Source of the DNA: Trichoplax sp. H2
Lineage: Eukaryota
Direction: 5' to 3'
Assembly: GCA_003344405.1 (NCBI GenBank)
Contig: NOWV01000217.1
Coordinates: forward strand, 1-64,000
DNA: 64,000 nucleotides
A model generated the notes under the pieces. That model had not been told where the DNA came from, searched no databases, and worked only from the letters and a program-made list of their open reading frames with translations. Below, in pieces: positions 41,424 through 52,400 of this stretch (positions within the stretch are counted from its first letter, which is position 1; each line of letters opens with the position of its first letter). A program made the translations under genes and the position numbers.

Positions 41424-42191
41424 TTACTTTTCGAAAAAATCTCGAAGATGATCCACTGTAGTCGAAATAGTAATGAAGGTAACTCTATCTTGATAAGGAT
41501 AACTGCATACAGAAGTCGCGTAACCACAAATTATTTTAGCATACTCGAAGGCGGAAGCAGCTAATATCGAAGATTTAATATGGTTAAATCGATAAGTCGG
41601 TAGTATCTTTAATAGGACTTGATTTGCTATATTTACTAATTCGATATAAGTTTGCTGGCTGAATTGATGATAGTGATGCTGATGAAAATGAATGATATAC
41701 TCGAGGAAATGTGGAGCAATTGGTGGTGATAATCGGAAATCGATATAATTGAGGATAATTATTTCCAATCGTTTCATTTCTGCTTTCTTATAATAATGCG
41801 TGCATGATGTTAAGAATTCTTCCATTTTCGGTGGCTGACATTCTTCGACCTTGCAAGCAATCATCATGCACGTTAGACCAACCAATTCGAAGCAATCTTC
41901 TGTTACTGTTACGACTTTCAAGAATCGATCCAGATAGTTGACAGCCATAAATAGCGTATCCCGTTTTATGTTGTGCTTTCGCGATAAATTAATCATAGAA
42001 CTAATTAATGTTTCTCTCTGAGTTGGCGTAATGTAGATTTGGCACTTTAGACATTGGCTAGGATGGTAGCTCTTTTCTTTCTGTTTCATAGCACGTACAA
42101 TTTCGAAGCTATATAATTCAAAATCATCTTGAAATCTACAAGTTGCGGAGTTATTGCTTGTTGTTGTACTGCTATCATCGGGCTGAGCCAT
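41424..42191 (-). CDS. CCNO: Cyclin, most like cyclin O; intronless, 255 aa
   Basis: Cyclin box AVNYLDRFL...VTEDCFELVGLTCMMIACK.EE..PP...LE..IL..IDFRL. The DCF motif and the upstream E..YHP...L..Q..IT...R segment match vertebrate cyclin O as I recall it. Confidence 0.75.
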   Translation of the reverse strand: MAQPDDSSTTTSNNSATCRFQDDFELYSFEIVRAMKQKEKSYHPSQCLKCQIYITPTQRETLISSMINLSRKHNIKRDTLFMAVNYLDRFLKVVTVTEDCFELVGLTCMMIACKVEECQPPKMEEFLTSCTHYYKKAEMKRLEIIILNYIDFRLSPPIAPHFLEYIIHFHQHHYHQFSQQTYIELVNIANQVLLKILPTYRFNHIKSSILAASAFEYAKIICGYATSVCSYPYQDRVTFITISTTVDHLRDFFEK

Positions 42192-43799
42192 TTCTGATCT
42201 TATTATCTATAGTAAGAATATAGGTGTAACACACGGTGGAATAACAGCGAAACGAATAAATAATCAAGCAACTCTTCTATGTCGTTATATTTTTAAGTAT
42301 AAATTAATAGCTTTGGTAAATCGTAATGGTTTTGTCGATAAAAGATTATTTCACTTTTTACCTGAGAAATTATTCTTACTAGCAGAACTACTGATAGAAT
42401 TGTATTCTTGGCATGACCAATTAGTTGATAGCTTATCGAAAAGTAAGTAAATTAATAGACTATCTAACTAATTCCGCTCCATTCTTTGATATTCGTCTAA
42501 TTGCTGTACACATGTAGTAGTGTGATTATAGGTTACCAATAGATGAAATACTGATTCTGATCAGCTATGCTGGTTACAATTATGCATCGAATGGGATTAG
42601 CGGCTGCTATTGACCGATTCGATTCAATTTGAAAGCTTAATTCAATCGTGAATGTTGGTAGTAGAACATCGTATGTTCTACGTATGTTCTACTAATGTTC
42701 TACTTTAACTTCCAAATACCCCAAAAGTACAATACAAACTGCTGTAAGAAGAAAGAGCGGACCTATCTCTGTCTTTGATTACCGTAGCGACGAAAATAAA
42801 ACTATCAGAACATTGCTAAGCTGTTGTGATTAGTCAGCGGTAAATATTAACAAAAAGATTTAGAATACTTTTTTACTAGATGTACAGTATACTGCACAAA
42901 TCAAGTACATTGGGATTTCTTTCAACACCTGCACAAATTAAGAAAATGGCCTATTAACTTGTACCATCAAACACTGATGCAAGTTGATAGTGTAGATCAT
43001 AGCCAGCTAATGTGTTATGATGGAGAGATTTTAGCAACTTATGATATCATATCTACGCAGCATAATCTTACCTTCTATCCTCTTTAAGCCTGTGAAGTGA
43101 TGATCGTAGTAAAGCTTGGAATCATCCCTGAATAGATGAGATAGTTATAGTCAGTTTCTTAAAGGCTGAGTCTACTCAGAATACGCTAATAAAGATCATA
43201 GGTTAACAACGCTTATGATTTGGGCATCCAGTACTTTTAAAAAGTTTCTTGGTACACCGTACCAACGTGAGCGACGATAATCCTTACTTACCTACTGTCA
43301 TGGTTTAGCAGCTACTTTAGCTTGCGATAGTTGTTAATTTGCTCTCTCTCTCTCTCTCGTTTTCTTAACTAATGTGTAGTACGGTACCTTTTAAATTTGA
43401 TGTAATGTAAGCACGCTATCATTCAAGATTCTAGCCATACAAGAGGAGTGAGATTCTACAAGAGGATGCTGTCATGGACTACTAAAATGTATCGTAACAA
43501 CTTATGCTGAGTAATTCATTCGCTCTACAGTTTTCTTAACTCATGTACAGTATCTTTATGTTTACTACATAAGTTATCATCCAAGATTCCAGCAGGACAA
43601 GAGGATACTGTCATATTAACTTAAATTACTAAAATATACTGTAATCGATAGCACTGTACAGTATACTGTACACCTATTGGGAAGTAGAAAAAATAGCAAT
43701 ATAACATTGCAATTACTTCCTTAAAATTTTCATACAGTACTGTAGCCATGCCTCTCCGAAACATGTGAGAATATTACCCGATTAACACGTGTACTTGAG

Positions 43800-44440
43800 T
43801 ATTACAACATAAAAAAGGAAAAATATCGGACAGTTTAATGATTAATCTTGTCGGAAATAAGCTTGAAATTGAAGGATAACATAGAGATGCAATTTAACTT
43901 AATAAAAAAATATGCCGCTTTGCCTTATACTGGCATGAATTTTGAAATAAACCGATAAAAACATGTCCTTATTTGCTGCGTCGTTACGATTCGTGCCGTT
44001 AATGGCAATTTTACTTGGGTATCACAACATAAAGGAAAAATATCGACAGTTTGATGATTAATCTTGTCGGGAATGAGCTTGAAATTGGAGGATAACATAG
44101 AGATACAATTTAACTTTGTAAAAAAAAAAATACGCCGCCATACTTTATACTGGCATCAATTTTAAAACAACCCGATAAAAACGTGTCATTATTTGCTGCA
44201 TCGTTACGATTCGTGTCGTTAATGGCAATTTTACTTGGGTATCACAACATAAAAAAGGAAAAATATCGACAGTTTGATGATTAATCTTGTCGGGAATGAA
44301 CTTGAAATTGAAGGATAACGTAGAGATACAATTTAACTTTGTAAAAAAAATACGCCGCCATACTTTATACTGGCATCAATTTCGAATTAACCCGATAAAA
44401 ACGTGTCCTTATTTGCTACGTCGTTAATGGCAATTTTACC
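43800..44440. repeat. Tandem repeat of ~220 bp, three copies
   Basis: ACAACATAAA...GACAGTTT.ATGATTAATCTTGTCGG begins at about 43801, 44021 and 44241. Confidence 0.95.
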
Positions 44441-44852
44441 GTGTCTGAGTTAAATCAGTTGCTCTTACTTGTATAAAGGTGTTTTAATCATTGGCAAATG
44501 AGCAGTTTTGTGGTAATTTGTAGCTACATCTACTAATCGATAGGGAACATGAGTCATTAGGATTTATGAGTTAATAAATTAAATGGTGTCATAAATTGAT
44601 AAACTACTCATAAATGAGTGATTACCCGGTCTAGCAGACTTCGTGGAGCACTACAGAGCTAATTCATCATTATTGAAGTAGTAGAACTAGGATTAAAATG
44701 TTCAATTACCTTTTTTTCAACGTTCACTGTATCGATTACGTCCTTGAGTAGGTCTACAAATGCTCCATCAATATTGGCAACTTTTCCCCGTTATACTCGT
44801 AAGTCAAGTGTGAATCGGGCCAGGTATACTTATCGTTTAGTCCTAATTATTT

Positions 44853-47800
44853 ATTAGAATATCTAATCAATTGAATCAAGGCTCACAGGTTATTTTTTGA
44901 CCGCAAGTGCCCATACTACGTGTACGGTCGAGCTTTTAGCATTTCACTTTGCGATTTAATGGTAACACTGATCTTTTTATGCGCTTGTTTATCCATAAAA
45001 AATGGTAAATCCGCTACAACCATTAGAAAATTAGATATGCGCATCCCGCTACCTAATAAATCATTTATTAACTGGCTCCAATGCTGTCGAGCTTGCGTTC
45101 TCTTGATAAAAATTGATTGACAAATTATTAATTCTCTCGGAACCTTGGATCGTATTGCTATCATTTGTGCTAATCAATGTCGCTACTTTACTTGATCTAG
45201 TGCATTGATAACCTAATTTAATGAGGCATATCGGCTCGAAGCATGCCGTATAGGAGTGATTGACTGACCGCGAATTCATATCCTTTTTCAACTTGACATT
45301 TTTTTATTTCCTTCCTTATACGTCGAAGGAAANNNNNNNNNNNNNNNNNNNNATTAGAATATCTAATCAATTGAATCAAGGCTCACAGGTTATTTTTTGA
45401 CCGCAAGTGCCCATACTACGTGTACGGTCGAGCTTTTAGCATTTCACTTTGCGATTTAATGGTAACACTGATCTTTTTATGCGCTTGTTTGTCCATAAAA
45501 AATGGTAAATCCGCTACAACCATCAGAAAATTAGATATGCGCATCCCGCTACCTAATAAATCATTTATTAACTGGCTCCAATGCTGTCGAGCTTGCGTTA
45601 TCTTGTGGCTAAATCTGTACAGCGCCAATAATAATACATATCGAATAGCAAATAAATTGATTATAAGATCTAATTTTAAGCAAGTCCTATAGCCTAGATA
45701 TGGATTTGATAGTAATTAATAACTAATAATAATCATTAGTAGATAACGGTAGGCGTGGTGCGCACATTTTCTACTATATTGTAACTCTCTCGGCAGTATA
45801 TGGCGGTAGATGGCTAGCTGAGACGATAACTTTGACCGTTTATAGCGCGATATAGGAGAACAAGCAATTTACATTTACTTTGTTTATAGACAACACATAC
45901 AGCGTGATAATAAGAGCAATGAATTTTACCTACTTCATGGCCTAATAATTAAAGAGGAAAAATTGTTCTCTCGCTTATATCCTCCAGTGCGATAGTTTAG
46001 AAAAAACTCTGGTAATGGAATTTAAGAATAATTATGTATAATTTACAGTTACTTTAATTTACTTATAATCTAGAATGTGATGCAAACAAAATTAGTTTGA
46101 GATATTTGATTATATAATTATTATAGAGAGGCAAGAGTATTCTCTCGCATAAATAGAGGAGAACTTAACCCACACAAATAAATTTATATAATTTATTCCG
46201 TAGATCAAGTTTTCCTCGATCTTTTACCTATATTCCCTAGTGTGGCCGTACTGAAAAGCTCCTGTAATGGAATTAGTAGCCAAATACTTGCTTAATGAAC
46301 TATTATCATATAACAATCACAGAAAGTATGCTAATCATGACAGTATTAATGGTACTTGTCGGATTTCTAAATTTGCTACTGAAGTGATAATCTGTTTAGA
46401 CATACCATATAATGATTCTTTCTAATTTTAGTAGATCGCAATTGATTTCGACATATTATCATAATAACCTACTTGGTACTAGTAATGGATTAACGGTGGT
46501 GCAGTGGCACTGCTTAGTTGATATCAGTTAAAGTTAATAAAGTTTGTTAGCTTGGATAATTAGGTTATACCATAACTTTTCTTAATAATAATAAAGCTGG
46601 ATAAAAGCAATAGGACTATCCATACATCCTTGATCTATCAAATAAAGAGCTACTAGTAGCAGCAAATATTCCAAAAAATTGGTAGTAATTACTAAATTAT
46701 GCATATGGGATAATGCGTAGTAAGCGCCAAACTATAATCCCAAGTAGATGGAATAACTCGAACCGATGCATTTAGTTAATTAAAACTATTAGTCAAGTAT
46801 ACTACAAAGTTAATTGACTGTAAGCAACAAATCGCGTTCGTTATATTAATTATTAAAGCATGCTGCTGTAAATCTGAGAGTATTGGATAGATCATGGCAT
46901 TAAAAATATGTGTTTTGCGATATGTCGGCTACATGGAGGTAAGTTTTGCTTTATTATCGGAATCTGTATTTCATGCGTGCTTTGAGTTTGAAATGTAAGC
47001 CCTTGTTTACGAAATATTTATATCCAAGTTGCACACGACTACACCTTAAAATACATATTAGAAGATTTGTTCAGGTTATATATTCAGTGAGCTTTCAATC
47101 GATAGGCTAACTTGATTTAAAACATAATTTTGCAGCAGTTGGCAATCTTAATTCATTTTCCGCCATATCAAATGTTACCTTTACGTTGATGCTACAGTAA
47201 AAGATGCACGATGCATTAGGACTTACTTTATGACCTTTATATCTTGATTAAAACTTTAAACACGACCGTGATGAAAAGCGTAGGGATGCAATACTAAGAA
47301 GCTTTTGATGATATTCAATTTGATAGAAACTGACATTAGTACTGCAGGCGATATTTGTGTGGATACAAGTTATAATCGCAGATGTATAAAGCAGAAAGTC
47401 TAATAATTTATAATTAATTAATTAACTATAATTACTATATATAATGTTTCCATAACCTTTCTATTTATACAGTACCTTGAGCTGATAGCTGGTATGAATA
47501 TTAATACACAGTATTTCCGTTTCCCTTGGCAATAACTATAAAATGTAACGGTCCAAAATATCTACGTAGTAGTTCTAAATTTATAATTGAATTCAGTTAG
47601 GAATGCGGTGGAAATCTTAGGAAATATCGGTAACATGTGAATATTATACTAAATATATGTGTAAATGACAAGAATTTTAGAGGGTTACGCAAGGCTTGAG
47701 ACTATCGCAGAATGCGCATAGGGTTGAAAATTGAAATGTTACCAAACTCTACAGTGTTTCTATTATACGTGATCAACTACAGTAGGCAGTAAGGAATCGC

Positions 47801-48155
47801 AAGTTGTACTCTTTTTAGCCTCCATATCCGCCGTAATTTTGAGTTAAAATGGATTATACCGCAGTTGTTTTCGCAGTTGATCATTTCATTTCTAGAATAT
47901 AGGCGATGTACTGTAGATTGCTTCTAGACAAAAATTGATTGACAAATTATTAATTCTCTCGGAACCTTGGATCGTATTGCTATCATTTGTGCTAATCAAT
48001 GTTGCTACTTTACTTGATCTAGTGCATTGATAACCTAATTTAATGAGGCCTATCGGCTCGAAGCATGCCGTATAGGAGTGATTGACTGACCGCGAATTCA
48101 TATCCTTTTTCAACTTGACATTTTTTTTTATTTCCTTCCTTATACGTCGAAGGAA
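44853..48155. repeat. Gap-flanking duplication with structure [A][B]-gap-[A][2.3 kb][B]; probably two haplotypes
   Basis: 44853-45099 is nearly identical to 45353-45599, and ~45108-45332 is nearly identical to ~47930-48155. Confidence 0.9.
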
Positions 48156-48419
48156 AATGTGAATGTCAAGCTCAGGCACACATTAACACTGTTGTATTGA
48201 TGACCTCATGTCCCCTAAATGGACATGAAGGAGAGTTTCAGTCACGTTTACTCTATAGCATCGATTTATTGACGGACAAGAACGGCTATGCTTGCGTTAT
48301 TCAGCTTGTGGACCATAGTAGGAAAGGAGTTACAGAAACAGCTAAATCCTACGGACCCACTGCAAAATAACCTGGGAAATGGGGACGAACATGATGTAAC
48401 TAGTGGTGGTAGATTGACT

Positions 48420-49000
48420 GTAGTCTCCTTATTGGATGTGCAGAGGGTGATTTTAGTCAGGGACTGGAATGATAACCAATTTTTGCCTTGGAAGTCATAT
48501 TAGAGCAATTAGTACTGCACAGTCCCTGCAGGACTTGAAAAAGCCGCCGGAAGTACCTGGTCTAACCAATCGAGGAAAACAGCCAGCATCGCCATCATGT
48601 AGCTAGCGGCGGTACATTTACTGTGGTCTCCTTATTGGATGTGCAGGGGGTGATTTTAGTCAGTGACTGGAATGATCACTAATTTTTCCCTTGGAAGTCA
48701 TATTAGAGCAATTAGTACTGCATAGTCCCTGCAGGACTTGAAAAAGCCGCCGGAAGTCCCTGGTCTAACCTATCGAGGAAAACAGCTAGCATCGCCATCA
48801 TGTAGCTAGCGGCGGTACATTTACTGTGGTCTCCTTATTGGATGTGCAGGGGGTGATTTTAGTCAGCGACTGGATTGATCACTAACTTTTCCCTTGGAAG
48901 TCATATTAGAGCAATTAGTACTGCATAGTCCCACCAGGATCTGAAAAAGTCGCCGGAAGTCCCTGATCTAACCCATCGAGGAAAACAGCCAGCATCGCCA
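48420..49000. repeat. 203-bp tandem repeat, about three copies, upstream of EFL1
   Basis: GTCTCCTTATTGGATGTGCAG occurs at 48423, 48626 and 48829. Each unit contains CCGGAAGT. Confidence 0.95.
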
Positions 49001-49412
49001 TTCTGATCCATCCGTCCGCCCATATGTCCGTTCAAATTGCCAAGACACGAAAAACGCAAGCACTGCAGGTTTTGTCCTTCCATCCGCCTGTCCGTAAGAC
49101 GATCCTATAGAAACTCACTGCAATTGGTATGAATGGACTTGTGCAAACTAACGTTCCATCTTACTATAGACTAGACCATAGAGCACCTTTTGCTCTATAG
49201 TAATGACAGTATACAGAATCTGTTGGGGCATGTTGTATAGGCGAGGGATAAGGCCCCAATTTTTAATTGAGCTCACGTCATCAATTTTCGCCATTGGCCA
49301 GCTTATAAGAGTGGAAGGTAGCGACGCAAGATTTCATATTTCTACTTGTTCTACATCATTTTCAAGCTTAAAATCGATATTATCCTAATTGATTAGACTA
49401 TACAAGGCAGCT

Positions 49413-52400
49413 ATGAGGACAGTGAGCCCCAACGAAATTTCTCAATTGCAGAAAAACAGCTCGAACATTCGCAATATTTGTATTCTGGCCCATGTTGATC
49501 ATGGTAGGACAAGAATCATTTATTCCAATCAACTTTTATACCTTTGTACAATTGCTTCGCTTGTTGATCGAAATACTTGTTCTATGTGTTAAGAAATGGG
49601 CAAATTTTATCTGTGTCATGTTTGCATAAGTGTTTCGATGATGCAGTAACGATACGATCGACTCATTCTGTAGTAATGCAGTGTATAGATGCTGCGTCAG
49701 CGTAAACATAGTAGTCCAAATTCAGTATACTCCATGACGGCGGTAGAGAATTTTGAAAGGGTTTTTCTTCATTAAAAGTGTTTTCTATACGTTCTACAGA
49801 TAGTAGTCCTACAAATAGGAGCTACTCTAAATTTTCTATGATCATATTGCACTTACAATATTCTATAGAATCTGGTATATCCAAGTTCAATGTACAGTAC
49901 AATCAATGGCTGAGATGTAGTAGAACTTGAAAGGATTCTTTTCGTCTTATTAATATCTTTGCGATAGAGTTCTATTACGTACATACTAATACGGATAGAT
50001 ACGATGTACTACACAGTCTATTCCCCAATTTTCTATGATACTAGAGTAGTTTTGATATCCTTTGTGATCGTGACACAAGTTCAGTATACTTTAAAATGAT
50101 AGCTGCATTCCTTCTCCCTTGGTATCATTTACGTATGATGTACACCATCATTTGGTATCGTTTAGCTAGGTGTACGTGTATATGTTATATATACAATCAT
50201 GTAACTGCAATATAGTTACTTCGAATTTCCTAAGGTTATATTGCAGTTTAGATAGCCTTGATGATCCTGGTTTTAAGTTTAGCATTCTTTGAATGGCTCT
50301 TATACGCGTATTCAATCTCCCTTGATATCGTTTAGCTATAATGGATACAATCATGCAATTGGTATTCTAAATTTCTCAGGACGATATGACATCGATTTCC
50401 TTGGTGATCGCAGTCCAAAGACATATTTAGAAACGACTAATATGCTTTAAACTTTATTTCTGTAGTATCGTTGTATACCATTTCTACACAGTCAGATTGA
50501 AACCTACTCACTTAAATCTTATATGGCTAGGCTAAAATAAGCTACCAATACACATACTGTAATTCGTACGTCGATGTACCAATGTACATGTCTAGATCAA
50601 GTTTCCCAAATTAGGCTATACAAGGGGTTACAACTGAATGAAATTGGCTAAAATAGAGATTATAAGAAAAGGGTAATACAGGTAGAGGTAGACTTACGGG
50701 ATTCATTGAGCAATTCTTTCATCCTGCAGGTAAAACTACTCTTGCTGATTCACTAATCGCTAGCAATGGAATCATATCAACACGTTTGGCCGGAAAGGTA
50801 AATCATTCACTCGTTATAATTATCAAATCGTTGTTAGACTTTAGAAAAATCGATAATATTACTGTAAATGATTCTACTGTGGGGTAATGTTGCAATAGAT
50901 GATAAATGAATTTATATCGGTGCAGGTCCGGTACATGGATAGCAGGGAAGACGAGCAAGTTCGGGGTATTACTATGAAATCCAGTGCAATCTCGTTGCAT
51001 TATCCACACAGTGGTAAGAAATTTTAATCATATATTACTGCATTGATTAATGTTATATCATTATAAATCATGGAAATAGAAACTCAAAAATATTAATGAA
51101 AGGTGCTATTGGTGCTTGTTGACATTCTACATTTCTATAGATGGTGGTGACTATTTAATCAATTTAATTGATTCACCTGGGCATGTGGATTTTTCTAGCG
51201 AGGTCTCTACCGCAGTCCGATTATGTGATGGCGCAATTATTGTTGTCGATGCTGTAGAAGGTGTTTGTCCGCAGGTAAATGCGACTGATACTTGAAAAAA
51301 TTTGAAAGATATTCTATTGCATGTACATAATAACGCCGGTATAATTGATAAAATGTTGCCTAAATGTAAATAAGTATAGCTTGCTATGGCTGTATTGCTT
51401 TCACTTCAGCGATGTACTGTAATGGTACGATTTATTATCCGTTTCGATAAAATTTTCTACATTGAGTAATAATTAGAGTATGAAATCAAATAGCAGATCA
51501 GTAAGCGTACCATAGGGTGCAACATTTGTATTGATAGATTTTATAATCGGATTTCTGATCCAATTTTAATCTGTGATACATCTATCAAGATATCCTAATC
51601 ATGATACCGAACCCAATACGATATATTCTCATGCGATAGATATATATTCAATTGAGGATGCAGCATGAGTTACTACTTGTATACCTATGGCTATGTCATG
51701 CAGCTATGGAATCAAAATTTGATCATAAAATGACATTGATTAGTATTAAACAGATGTTCATCTCTCTTATAAATTAGACACATGTTGTCTTAAGGCAGGC
51801 TTGGTTGGAAAGTATACGCCCTTGTTTGGTGATTAACAAGGTCGATAGACTAATAACTGAATTAAAATGCAGTCCAATGGAGGCTTACGTACGCTTGCAA
51901 CAAATTTTAGAGCAGGCAAGTAAATCCGTATAGTATCACATTCTTGAGGTAGATTTATTGAGTATGTATTGCATGCTGCTATTAGTCTCTTGTGATATGT
52001 CGTTTCTCACTGCTGTGCTGCATTTTTGCGAGCATTCGGATCCTGTATGTCAATCCTGCTATTTCACGTGTTTATCTACCTATTTTGTTGAGTTACTTTA
52101 TAATGTTGTTTAGTTGATGCTCATCACTCGTTGAAGACAGGGAGATAGTCAGTTGCGACGCTAGCTATTGAGTCTCGTCTGTCATCTTTATCTGTTGGAG
52201 CTAATTCAATAAATAGACGTAATCTCGTAGCAACTTATAGTAATTTCCTATAGTGCAGCTATTATATATGATTATAGTTTTTAAATCAAGGCATTAAAAC
52301 GTAAATTTTAGGTTAATGCATTAACTGGTGAATTATTTACCGTAAAAGTTATGGAGGATTCTGAGGTAACTGGAGATATTGAGTTTAAAGTTAAAAAATT

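Noticed and set aside
42778..42791. RFX X-box-like ATTACCGTAGCGAC upstream of the cyclin O-like gene
   Set aside because: It has three departures from consensus and is too weak to call without conservation data.
46494..46560. tRNA A-box-like TGGTGCAGTGG
   Set aside because: There is no B box and no cloverleaf.
45278..48110. ATATCCTTT U12-type (AT-AC) donor matches, also at ~36530
   Set aside because: There is no adjoining coding exon or TCCTTAAC branch site, and none of the reconstructed genes needs a U12 intron.
44916..48179. Duplicated 66-95 aa ORFs
   Set aside because: They have no recognisable homology, and their duplication is explained by the gap-flanking haplotype copy.
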